A DNA stretch of 64,000 nt. It comes from a bacterium. GTDB taxonomy: Bacteria; UBA8248. The stretch is taken from contig OZ241875.1 in assembly GCA_965203325.1 (NCBI GenBank), forward strand, positions 512,001-576,000, written 5' to 3'. The notes beneath the pieces are model-generated. The model was not told where the DNA came from. It worked only from the letters and a program-made list of their open reading frames with translations, and ran no database searches. The translations under genes were made by a program, and so were the position numbers. Below, one piece after another: positions 10,045 through 19,333 of the stretch (position 1 is its first letter; the number at the start of each line of letters is the position of its first letter).

Positions 10045-10455
10045 CTACGGAGCGGGTGGCGCGGACGTGCGGCGGATGAGTTCCCTGAGCGACTCGCTCT
10101 GGACTTTGATCGCCTCCATGTTTTCCCGGTGTCGGCTTTCTATGGCCTCCATCGTTTCCCGGTGCTGGTCGCTTTGCGCCTCTTGCTGACGATTAAGCAC
10201 CGCCATGGTTTCTTGATGTTGCGCCATGGCTGCTTGATGTCGGCTGTCCAGCGCCTTCATGGTCTCTCGATGCTGCGCCATGTTTTCCCGGTGCTGGGCG
10301 TCGCGCTGACGCGATGCCTGGCGCATGATGTAGAGACCATACGCGATCAGGCTGCATTGCGCGGCGCCGACGAGAGCGGCGACCCATACGGCGGCTTGTT
10401 GCGCCGCGAGAGCGGCTTCTTGCAAGGCGAGGCTTGCGGTTTCGTATTCCGTCAT
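10045..10455 (-). CDS. Small membrane-anchored coiled-coil protein with H(R/Q)E(N/T)M repeats
   Basis: GGAG RBS, ATG 10455, TM segment followed by about six HRENM-like units. Confidence 0.7.
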   Translation of the reverse strand: MTEYETASLALQEAALAAQQAAVWVAALVGAAQCSLIAYGLYIMRQASRQRDAQHRENMAQHRETMKALDSRHQAAMAQHQETMAVLNRQQEAQSDQHRETMEAIESRHRENMEAIKVQSESLRELIRRTSAPPAP

Positions 10456-10632
10456 TCTGTTCTCTCCATTATTTTCTCGTGGAGATAGCAAGCCAAGCCA
10501 GTTTCACCCAGAGCGCGAAAGATGTCAAAGCGAAGGTGCGTCGGCATTCCGCCCGTTCTGTTCACAGGAAAGTCATTCTTGGATGCAGACGCAACGAACC
10601 TGTGCAAGACGGTGAGGCGTGGTGATTTCCCC

Positions 10633-11949
10633 TTAATACTCGAACACTGTGGGGCCGTCCACTTTTTCGCAGAGCGCGGCGACGGCGGCGCGGGCGGCGC
10701 CGAGACGCCATTCGCGCTCGGCCTCGGGCGTCCGGGAGGGGTCGCCGAATGGATGATGGAAGTGGCCGGCGCGGTTGTTGACGATGCGGTTGACCCCGAT
10801 GTCGCGCGCCACATCGGGCAGACAGGTGACGATGACGGTGGGGATGCCCTCCCGCTCCAGGGCTCTCGCCAGCGCAGCCCCGCTGCGCGTGCCGGTGCCT
10901 CACGTGGCGGGGAGCACGACGCCCTCCACCCCGGTCTTTTTGAGCTCGGCGGCCCAGGCGCGGCCGATGCCGTCCATCTCGACGAAGGCGCCGCCGTTCC
11001 CGCAGGTGCTCAGGAAATCATCGTGGAGTTCGGCGATCTCGCCCTCGTCCGCAAGACGCCGGAAGGCGTCCACGGCGAGCATGCGGTCGGGCTCCTCGTT
11101 CACGAACACGGTGTTGAAGCCCCCGTGGATCGAGATGAACGTGCCGCCCGGAAGCGCGTCTTTCCCCTCGAATGAGTAGGTGGCCCAGTTCCCGTTCCTC
11201 GATCCGGAGAAGCGATCCGGGTTGCCGGGGGGGACCATGCCGCCTTCCGATACGATGGCGATGCGGGCTTTCTTGAGGTCGGCGACGGGTTCGGGGGGCG
11301 CTATCTCTTCGAGCGTCGGGACGTCGAGTTCGGTCCGGTAGGGTTCCCCCTTGATTTTCCTCAAAATCATGTCGACGGCGCGGCGTGAGGTCGGGAGTTC
11401 TGCGATTTCGTTGTAGCGGACCCCCCGAGGGAGGTAGCCCTCCTCGGCGGCGCTTCCAATCTTATCCCCACGGGCGAGCTTGCGTCCGAGCCGTGCGGCG
11501 GCTTCCAGGGCCTCCTCCATGCCGACGGCGGAATCGGCGGCGGGGACGGTGTGGACGCCGGTTCCGGCGGCGGGAAAACCCGGATTCTCGGGGTGCATGG
11601 CGGTGACGACGGGAATCCCGGCTTCCTCCACTGCGCGGCAGACGGCGGCGCAGGCGAGCCCGTAGCGCCCGGCGTTGAAGGCGGGTCCTGCAATAAGGAG
11701 ATCGGGCGCGTATTCCTTGATGAGCGAAAGCGCTTCTGCGGAGCATGTCTCTTCGTTTTCAGCGAAAAGGCCGTCCCCCGCGAAGACGGTACCGACGACT
11801 TCTGCGTCCTCACCCAGGATTTTATCGAGCAGTACACCGGGGCCGACGGGACCAGGCCGGGCGGACACGGGATGACCGCTCCTCTCCTCGCCCCCGACGC
11901 CCGCGAAGAACTGGTTCAAGTAGTGAACGACCCGAAGTGTAGCGCTCAT
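10633..11949 (-). CDS. grdB: Glycine/sarcosine/betaine reductase selenoprotein B (438 aa, Sec at codon 350)
   Basis: VVHYLNQFFAG, AGPAFNAGRYG, HGGF motifs; in-frame TGA at 10902-10900 (PAT-U-GTGTRSGA) is followed by 88 more homologous codons to TAA 10635-10633; GGAGG RBS. Confidence 0.92.
10872..10888 (-). promoter_or_regulatory. Bacterial SECIS-like hairpin of grdB
   Basis: GCGCAGC-GGG-GCTGCGC perfect 7-bp stem beginning after an 11-nt spacer 3' of the UGA. Confidence 0.75.
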
Positions 11950-12028
11950 GACTTGGCCTCCTGATATGGATTCATTCAAAACCCATTTTAGCACGCGCGG
12001 CGAACACCTGGTTGAACGACTCCCGCCC

Positions 12029-13312
12029 TCAATAATCCTTGCCCACCATGTTGTTGATGTCCTTCGCCCACTCGTTGGCGTAGTAGTCGCTGTCGATCAG
12101 GGTGAAGGCCTCGCGGGTGTTGACGCGCTTGCCGTTGTAGAACTCGACGACTTCCGAACCGATGACCCGCTCCACCGCGGGGGCGTCGATGCGCTCGCCC
12201 TGCATGCCCTTGGAGATGACGGCGTCGGCTTCGGGCACATGAAAGACGAGCGGGAACTCGCCCGAGCCCGGCCGGCCCACCTCGTAGATGATCGGAACGG
12301 CGCGCACGCCCATCTGTTCGAGCGCCTGGACGGTGAGCCAGTAATCCACCGTGGAGTTGCCGCCGCCCTCGAAGGCGAGGACCGCGCCATCCGCCTTCAA
12401 GAGGTTGGCGAGCTTGGCGACGTATTGCGCCGAGCGCTCCTTGAGCGCCTGGTTGTCGTGGTGGCCGCGCGTGATGATCACCCCTGCGAAATTGAGGTCC
12501 ACCCCGTGTCGGCGGTAGAGCTCGTAGATGAGCGGCATGTTGCAGTGCAGGTAGGTCGGCGCCTTCTGCTGCGTCTTGTAGTTCGCCCCCACCACCGCGC
12601 CGTCGAGCATCTCGTTGGGGTGAATGAGCGTGGGAAGCGAATCCCCCAGGTTCCTGCCGTACATGAACGTCTGCACCATGGACGCCTGGTGCATGACCTG
12701 ATCGACGAAGACGACCCGGGGGAGAGCGGGGTCGACCTCGCCGAGTTCGAAGGTTTCCAGGCGAACGGGTTCGAGTTCCGCCGTGCGCTCGGCCAGCCGG
12801 GACGCGATTTTCAGCGTCGCCAGGCGAACGGCGTCGTCGTGCGCTTCGTTCGATGCGCCCTCCAAAGGCTCGTAGCAGGCGACGAGGTTCGCGGTCTCTG
12901 AATTCGTGCAGTGCACGGTCCCCGGGCCGGACATGTCGATGATCCCTTCCCGGAAAGTCATGATGCCCGTCATGGGACCCAGGAAATAAGTGGAGCTGAT
13001 GACGCACATCCCGGCGAGCTTGTGGGTGCGGCCCTCTCCCGCTGTCTTCGCCGGGCCGAGAAATCCCGGAAATGCGCATGAGCGCCCGTTTACCTTGTAG
13101 ATAGGCTCGACCGCATCGAGGACGTTCGTGATGCGCACCGACTCGCCCGGTATGGCCGCGTGAAAGCTCACGTCCTTGAGACCGCCGTCTTCGAGCGCCA
13201 GTTCGCGGAGTTCATCGGCATCCACGGTGAGCGTTTCGTCTTTGTACGCGAAGCGCTTCCCGATGATGATTCTGGAAACGGGAAATATACCCATCTCGAG
13301 TCGCATGGACAT
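12029..13312 (-). CDS. grdE: Glycine/sarcosine/betaine reductase component B proprotein (GrdE/GrdI-like)
   Basis: MRLEMG, PGESVRITNVLDAVEP, EGIIDMSGPG, PTLIHPNEMLDGAVV, KERSA motifs; lies between grdA and grdB. Confidence 0.88.
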   Translation of the reverse strand: MSMRLEMGIFPVSRIIIGKRFAYKDETLTVDADELRELALEDGGLKDVSFHAAIPGESVRITNVLDAVEPIYKVNGRSCAFPGFLGPAKTAGEGRTHKLAGMCVISSTYFLGPMTGIMTFREGIIDMSGPGTVHCTNSETANLVACYEPLEGASNEAHDDAVRLATLKIASRLAERTAELEPVRLETFELGEVDPALPRVVFVDQVMHQASMVQTFMYGRNLGDSLPTLIHPNEMLDGAVVGANYKTQQKAPTYLHCNMPLIYELYRRHGVDLNFAGVIITRGHHDNQALKERSAQYVAKLANLLKADGAVLAFEGGGNSTVDYWLTVQALEQMGVRAVPIIYEVGRPGSGEFPLVFHVPEADAVISKGMQGERIDAPAVERVIGSEVVEFYNGKRVNTREAFTLIDSDYYANEWAKDINNMVGKDY

Positions 13313-13321
13313 CGTTGCCCC

Positions 13322-13774
13322 CTACCCTGCCGCGCGCATATCGGCGAGATCGCTTTCTATCTGCTCCAGATCGAGCACCATCTCCATCATGAGAAGTTTA
13401 TCGGCATAAACGTCCTCGGGAACCTGTGCCCGCACAGTTTCTTCCAGGATATGGAAAACGGGGAGTCCCAACGGGACTCCCGCCAGGGGCCCGGCCCAGC
13501 TCGGGTCCCCGGTGGTCAGCGTTTCGACAGCGAGCCGAAGGCCTTCACCGGGCATTCCCAACACCACCATCAGGTTCTCCGGGCCGATTTCATCCGCTAT
13601 CGACTTGATGGCGGCCTGGTTCTCCAGGTCCATGGCGCCCGCGGAGGTTCAGACGAAACACTCCGTCTTCTGAAATACGACCTCCGCCCCCGCCGCTTCG
13701 AGGCACTCGGCGATCAGCGGGCCGGGAACACCGTCGCGCTCGCCCAGCGCGATCACCTTCTTTCCATCGAACAT
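13322..13774 (-). CDS. grdA: Glycine reductase selenoprotein A (150 aa, CxxU, Sec at codon 42)
   Basis: [19 protein letters not shown]...TECFV-TGA(13651-13649)[40 protein letters not shown]. Confidence 0.95.
13608..13633 (-). promoter_or_regulatory. SECIS-like hairpin of grdA
   Basis: AUGG-A-CCUGG-AGAA-CCAGG-CCG-CCAU, beginning after a 15-nt spacer 3' of the UGA. Confidence 0.6.
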
Positions 13775-13806
13775 GAATACCCTCCACTCCCCAAAAAACG
13801 AACGAA

Positions 13807-15225
13807 TCACGCCTCTATCAGCACCGAAGCCCCGTCGGCCTGCCGGGACATCCGGCCCAGAAACAAGCTTCCTTTGGCGAGGATCATTGTACTCTCAAGG
13901 CGGCCCGCCCGCATCCTCTCGAGAGCGTGTCCGAGAAAGGGAATCCCAGCGGGAATGTGTCCCTGCGTGGGCGCGAAACCGGGCATACCGTGCGTTTCGA
14001 TGAAACCCGGTATCTCCTCGCGGGCGATCTCCCCACCCATGACCGCCAGGGCGGCCAGCATCCTGTAATTCGCAGCCGCCACGTCTCCCGCTCCCGACGG
14101 CAGCATGATCTCCGGATTGTGCAGTTCGACGGCGTACTTATCGACGCTGGTCAGCCTGCGCCCGGCGCGGGCCAGCGGGTCGCGCACGAGCGCTTCGGCC
14201 AATCCTTGCGGGGTGGAGGGCCTGCCCGCCGCGTGGCGTCCGGCGATCTCGAGATTCACACGGGGGCCATCGTCCGGATTTTTCGTGAGAAAAAACGCTA
14301 CTCCGCCCAACACGTCTTCCAGGACGGGCACCCCCTTTCCCAGATGGAAATACGCCTTCATCCCGAGCTTCGCCATCGAACCGCCGCCCACGACGACGGC
14401 GTTGCCGACGACGCCCGCCTCTATCAGGGCCGCCGCGTGCACGAGCGCATAGACCGGCGCCGCGCAGAAGGACTTCACGTCGACGCCGGCGGCATTCACA
14501 CAGCCCGCCATCTCGGCAATCGTCTTTGCGAGATTGCCGCCGCCTCGATTGTAGCGATCCCCGACCGCCTCTTCCGAGCAGCTGATGACGTACTCGATCG
14601 CTTCGGGAGCGATGTTCTCCTGTACGAGAAGGCGGCTGAGCGCGTATGCGCCGCTGGCCTTGGCCGAGAGGTTTTCGAGAAGAATGCGGGCGTCCAGGGA
14701 CTCATCCGTTTCATGATCGCGACGGGCGCACCCGATGAGTCCTCCATCCTGAGATAGCGGCAGGGCCTCGCCTCCCTCGATGCGCCGGGAAATGTCTTCT
14801 TTTCCGTATTCCTTTGAGGGTTTTTCTTTCGTGAGAAGAGCGGAGGCGGCCTCTGAATCCACTGCGCCCGGAACACGGCGCTCCTTATCGAGCAGTATCA
14901 ACCCGAACTGATCCGCAGCTTCGAGTAAGGAATAGAAAGCATCCTGCGGGAGGATTTCCCCAAAATGGCCCTCAGGCGAAGCGCCTGCGAGTGGATTCTC
15001 GTACCACGGAGCCGGGATTTCCCCTAAATTCTCCGGCGGCAGGTTGCCGATGAACACCTGATTCGGCGGGTAGCCGACCATTTCGTCAAAAGTGCGCAGG
15101 CTGGCGAATACGTCGCCCGGTGTTTGTCCCCTCCCTAAAGCCTTGCGCCAGGGCTTCGAGCCGTAGCGAACCAGATCGGGAACGTGAACGAGAACGTTCG
15201 CCGCCGCGCGCAGATACGCCGTCAT
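13807..15225 (-). CDS. grdC: Glycine/sarcosine/betaine reductase component C, FabH-like subunit
   Basis: [64 protein letters not shown] motifs. Confidence 0.92.
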   Translation of the reverse strand: MTAYLRAAANVLVHVPDLVRYGSKPWRKALGRGQTPGDVFASLRTFDEMVGYPPNQVFIGNLPPENLGEIPAPWYENPLAGASPEGHFGEILPQDAFYSLLEAADQFGLILLDKERRVPGAVDSEAASALLTKEKPSKEYGKEDISRRIEGGEALPLSQDGGLIGCARRDHETDESLDARILLENLSAKASGAYALSRLLVQENIAPEAIEYVISCSEEAVGDRYNRGGGNLAKTIAEMAGCVNAAGVDVKSFCAAPVYALVHAAALIEAGVVGNAVVVGGGSMAKLGMKAYFHLGKGVPVLEDVLGGVAFFLTKNPDDGPRVNLEIAGRHAAGRPSTPQGLAEALVRDPLARAGRRLTSVDKYAVELHNPEIMLPSGAGDVAAANYRMLAALAVMGGEIAREEIPGFIETHGMPGFAPTQGHIPAGIPFLGHALERMRAGRLESTMILAKGSLFLGRMSRQADGASVLIEA

Positions 15226-15279
15226 ATCGCCCGCCCGAAAAGGAGGAAGGGAAGTTTACGGGCGGTCGCCGTCACCGCC

Positions 15280-16065
15280 CTATCCCGCGGTGTAGCCGCC
15301 GTCGGCATAGAGAATGTGGCCGGTGTAGAAGTCGGACGCGCGCGATGCGAGGAACAGGAGCGGCCCGGCCAGATCCTCGGGTTCGCCCAACCGCCCTTTC
15401 GGGACCCGGCTCACGATGTTCTCGCGGGTCTTCACCGCCTTGGGCGCGTCGGTGAACATCCAGTCCGTGAGCACCGAGCGGAAGACGGTCGGTCCGACCG
15501 CGTTGACGGTGATCCCCGTCGGCCCCAGTTCGCAGGCGAGCGCCTTCGTGATCCCGTCGACCGCCGCTTTCGACGCGCAATAGGCGGTGTAGCCCGCCGG
15601 GTGGCCGAGAATCCCGCGCGTAGAGGAGACGAGGACGATCTTGCCGCCGTCTCCCTGCGCCTTCATCCGCCGCGTCGCGGCGCGCGCCAGAAGCCACGAC
15701 TGCGTGACGTTGGCGTCCATGACGTCGGCGAACGCATCGGGCGCCATCTCCTCGATCATCCCTACCCTGTTGATCCCCGACGCCACGACCAGTATGTCCA
15801 GGCGGCCATAGGCCTCGACGGCCTTCTCCACCATGGCGTCGGCGATAGCTTCGGTTTCGGGGCGCGCGTTCACCACTTCGACCGACGCTCCCAGCTCCCG
15901 GCACTCGCCCGCAACGGCTTCGAGCACGTCGGAAGTGCCGGCGGTCAGCGTGAGGCGGCACCCGGCCCCGGCCAGCGTCCGCGCGGCGACCGCCCCGAAA
16001 GCGCCCGAAGCGCCGGTGATGAGCGCGGATTTTCCGCTTACGTCAAAAAGTTCAGAGGGTTTCAT
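15280..16065 (-). CDS. SDR oxidoreductase (KduD / gluconate 5-dehydrogenase-like)
   Basis: TGASGAFG, YCASK, ADGG motifs; start MKPSELF (the longer ORF runs into a repeat). Confidence 0.88.
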   Translation of the reverse strand: MKPSELFDVSGKSALITGASGAFGAVAARTLAGAGCRLTLTAGTSDVLEAVAGECRELGASVEVVNARPETEAIADAMVEKAVEAYGRLDILVVASGINRVGMIEEMAPDAFADVMDANVTQSWLLARAATRRMKAQGDGGKIVLVSSTRGILGHPAGYTAYCASKAAVDGITKALACELGPTGITVNAVGPTVFRSVLTDWMFTDAPKAVKTRENIVSRVPKGRLGEPEDLAGPLLFLASRASDFYTGHILYADGGYTAG

Positions 16066-16189
16066 AATATGGCGTCCGAATGGGGGATCACGACGGGCGT
16101 CCCGCAGGCGTGAGAGAAGATTCCGTATGCCCCATGCTAGGTATCGAGAGGGCGGTATGTCAAGAATGCGGGGGCAAACTCGATCGATG

Positions 16190-16461
16190 AGGGGCTGTTG
16201 AAAAAGTCCTCTTTTCAGGGGGTGGAGGGGCATCCCTCTCGACTGAAAAGCACCCCCCCTACCCCCCCTTGTCAGGGGTCAAACGCGAGTGATGAACGAG
16301 CGTTTGCATAAGCCATTGACGAGAAACACATCGTCTTGCAAAACCTCCCTCTTCGGTCGGTTTTGACCCCTGACAAGGGGGGGTAGGGGGGGTTGGTTTT
16401 ATGGGATTTCCCTTTCAAGGGGGGTTGTCATTACCCTCTCAGGGGATTTTTCAAAAAGCCC
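16190..16461. repeat. Palindromic mosaic element (family A arms, conserved A2 core, MITE-like ends)
   Basis: GGGGCTGTTGAAAAA ... TTTTTCAAAAAGCCC ends; ~90-bp core also at 18061, 26358 (rc) and 29963 (rc). Confidence 0.88.
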
Positions 16462-16554
16462 ACTTACGGCTGTTTCGAGTAGGGATTCGGGGGTGGTGGC
16501 GATCTGGAATAACCAGCGAGAACACGGGAGAGCCGCCATTCTCGTTTCCTCGCC

Positions 16555-17430
16555 CTACCTCCTCTCCCCCGTCACGAGCCATACCCCCGTCGCCGTAAGC
16601 GCCGCGCCGACCAGCAGATGCCAGCCCAGCTGCTCGCCCAAGTAGAGCGCGCTTCCCACGACTCCGACGATGGGCGTCATGAAGAAGAACACCGATATCT
16701 TGGCGGGCGAGTAGCGGAGCAGCAGATGGCCCCAGTAGGCCAGCAGCAGCGCGCTCGCTATGACGCCCATGTAGATGACCGCGAAAATCTGCGGGCCGCC
16801 GATATGGGTGACCCCGAAATCGGGCTGGGAGGAAGAGAGGAGGAAATAGGTCGGCGCGCCGATGAGCATGGACCATCTGGCGATCGAGGTGACGTCGGAT
16901 TTGCCGAGATACCGGCGGTAGTGGATCGTCTGCGTCGCCCAGCCGGCGGCGGCGATGAGGATGTAGAAATCGGCCTGCATGGAGCCGCCCGCGTCGAGGC
17001 TGTTCGAGAAGACAGTGACGGTGCCCGCCATCGCCGTCGCGAAACCCAGTGCCCGCACGAGGGTGATGCGCTCGCCCGTGAGAAAGAGGGCGCTCAGCAG
17101 CATCACCCAGACGGGCTGCGTGTAGAGCAGCACCGAGGCGCGCGCGGCGGCGGTTCCGAACATCCCCTGGTAGAGGAACCAGACGTAGGCGTTGTGCATG
17201 CAGGCGTTCAGGATGCGGTGGCCCTTCTCCCGCCAAGGGTCGTGATAGGTCACGCTCTCGGGGATGCGCATCAGAAGCCTGTAGAGCGTGAGGGTCAGCA
17301 CCCCCGCGGCGCAGCGCAGCCACAAGAGTCCGAAGGGCGTCAGGCCCGCGTAGGCGCCCTTGATGACGGGCTGCGCCATGCCCCACACCGTCGTGAGGAG
17401 CAAGGAACCCAGCACCAGTTCGAGCGTCAT
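16555..17430 (-). CDS. DMT/EamA family transporter
   Basis: About ten TM segments; ASVLLYTQP and FFFMTPIVGV motifs. Confidence 0.88.
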   Translation of the reverse strand: MTLELVLGSLLLTTVWGMAQPVIKGAYAGLTPFGLLWLRCAAGVLTLTLYRLLMRIPESVTYHDPWREKGHRILNACMHNAYVWFLYQGMFGTAAARASVLLYTQPVWVMLLSALFLTGERITLVRALGFATAMAGTVTVFSNSLDAGGSMQADFYILIAAAGWATQTIHYRRYLGKSDVTSIARWSMLIGAPTYFLLSSSQPDFGVTHIGGPQIFAVIYMGVIASALLLAYWGHLLLRYSPAKISVFFFMTPIVGVVGSALYLGEQLGWHLLVGAALTATGVWLVTGERR

Positions 17431-17471
17431 GCCCGCGCCGGCGGATGATTTCGGTGAGACCGGGCGGCTGG

Positions 17472-17882
17472 TCAATCGCTCTCCCCGGACACACGGGGCC
17501 GCTCGCATATCTCGATGCGGATGTTCTCGGGGCCCTTGATGAAGGCGATCATTCGCCCGCCCACGCCTGCAGGCAAGGGCGCCATGTCGACCTCCGCCCC
17601 GCGCTCCACGAGGCGGGCGACCGCCGCCTCCACGTCGTCCACAGCGACGCCGAGATGGTCGAGGCCGTGCGTCAGCATGGGCGCCACGGCGTCCGGCTTA
17701 TCGCCGGGGCGGTATCCCCGGATGCGCACGTCCCCGTCGCCCAGTTTCAATATGGCGTAGGGCGCGCTCTTGAAGTTTTCCTCGTAGGAGATCATTTCCA
17801 GTTCGAAGACGTTCTCGAAGAAATCCGCCAGCGCGCGCACGTCGTGTGTCAGAAAATGCACGTGGTCGTATCGGTATTCCAC
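17472..17882 (-). CDS. VOC / glyoxalase family protein
   Basis: YDHVHF, GLDHLGVAVDDV, FIKGPENIRIEI; AGGAG RBS with GTG start. Confidence 0.88.
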   Translation of the reverse strand: MEYRYDHVHFLTHDVRALADFFENVFELEMISYEENFKSAPYAILKLGDGDVRIRGYRPGDKPDAVAPMLTHGLDHLGVAVDDVEAAVARLVERGAEVDMAPLPAGVGGRMIAFIKGPENIRIEICERPRVSGESD

Positions 17883-17999
17883 AAAAACTCCTTTCGTGAT
17901 TGTTCATATTCGCGCGGTCATATTACGCTGAACCGAGAATCCCACAGGAAGCGCCGTTTGCACAAACGATTTTCGCATTGACGGGAAAACTCCTTGGGA

Positions 18000-18232
18000 G
18001 CAACCCCCGGCCGCCTTGTCAGGGGATAAAGGCAACCCCCCCTACCCCCCCTTGTCAGGGGTCAAACGCGAGTGATGAACGAGCGTTTGCATGAGCCATT
18101 GACGAGAAATACATCGTCTTGCAAAACCTCCCTCTTCGGTCGGTTTTGACCCCTGACAAGGGGGGGTAGGGGGGGTTGATTCTGACGAGGGAGAGAGGTT
18201 TAGCTCACGCCGCACGGGATTTTTCAATAACT
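18000..18232. repeat. Palindromic mosaic element (family A arms, A2 core)
   Basis: Same arms and core as the 16190 element; GGATTTTTCAATAAC right end. Confidence 0.88.
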
Positions 18233-18252
18233 CACATTCAGAAAGGATACCC

Positions 18253-19164
18253 ATGCCGAAGATAAAAATCACCGGCGAGGAACACCATGCGCATCACGAC
18301 GGCGCCGAACTGTTCCTGTGGAGGAAGCGAAACGAGGGCCCCGAAAAACCGGGGGACGCGGTGCTCCTCGTGCACGGCTCGTCCATGGCCTCCACGCCCA
18401 CGTTCGACCTCCAGGTGAAATCGCGGCCCGGATACTCCCTGATGGACCATCTCGCCGGGCGCGGCTACGACGTCTGGTGCGTGGACTGCGAGGGCTACGG
18501 GAGGTCCACCAAATCGAGGCGGGTCTCCTGCGGCATCGAGCGCGGCGCCAGGGACGTTCTGGCGGCGGCGAACGTGATCCGGCGCGTCAGCAGAAAGAGC
18601 GCGCTTCACCTCTACGGCATCTCCTCCGGCGCCCTGCGCGCCGCCCTGTTCGCGCAGAAAAACCCCCGGCGCGTGAAGCGGCTCATCCTCGACGCCTTCG
18701 TCTGGACGGGCGAAGGAAGCCCGACCTTGAAAGAAAGGAGCAAGCGATTCCGTGGCGTGGTCTCCACGTCGAGAAGGCCCGTGAACGCGGCGTTCATCGA
18801 GAGCATCTTCACGCGCGATCATCCCGGCACGGCCTACCGTGACGTCATCCGTGAATACGCGAAGGCCATCTGCGCGCTCGACGACACGATCCCGAACGGC
18901 ACCTACATCGACATGTGCGAACGGCTGCCGCTCGTGAACCCCAAAAAAATCACCGCGCCCGTGATGATCGCGCGCGGCGAGTTCGACGGCATCGCCCATC
19001 TCGACGATCTGGTGGAATTCTTCCGGCTGCTGCCGAATCCGGACAAGCAGTTCGTGATGATGCCCGGCATCGCCCACGCGAGCCTGCAGGAGAAAAACCA
19101 CGGCATCGCCTTTCATCTCATCGAGCGCTTCTTCAGCCAGCCCGCGCCCGTTTACAGGGGCTGA
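18253..19164 (+). CDS. Alpha/beta fold hydrolase
   Basis: LLVHGS, GYGRS, GISSG nucleophile elbow, GEFDGIA, GIAH. Confidence 0.88.
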   Translation: MPKIKITGEEHHAHHDGAELFLWRKRNEGPEKPGDAVLLVHGSSMASTPTFDLQVKSRPGYSLMDHLAGRGYDVWCVDCEGYGRSTKSRRVSCGIERGARDVLAAANVIRRVSRKSALHLYGISSGALRAALFAQKNPRRVKRLILDAFVWTGEGSPTLKERSKRFRGVVSTSRRPVNAAFIESIFTRDHPGTAYRDVIREYAKAICALDDTIPNGTYIDMCERLPLVNPKKITAPVMIARGEFDGIAHLDDLVEFFRLLPNPDKQFVMMPGIAHASLQEKNHGIAFHLIERFFSQPAPVYRG

Positions 19165-19333
19165 AGCCGCCCGGCGGGGGGGACGCCGGGGGTAGCCTCA
19201 TTCCGCCCCCGCTTGATTCGCGCGGGGCAATGGGGCTAGATTAGGGCCATCGATTCGTACAAATGGTAGGGGCGAGAACGTCCTGTATCCGAAAGCGAAT
19301 AAATTCTTATCCCTCAAGCAGAAAGGCGCATCC

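Noticed and set aside
10633..13774. grdA and grdB as nonsense pseudogenes
   Set aside because: Both TGA codons fall at the known Sec positions, homology continues in frame, and SECIS-like hairpins follow.
16066..16233. N-terminal ORF extensions and small ORFs made of repeat DNA (SDR to 16233, dctQ to 28617, PPLPPL-type peptides)
   Set aside because: They translate the palindromic elements or spacer DNA; better starts exist downstream.
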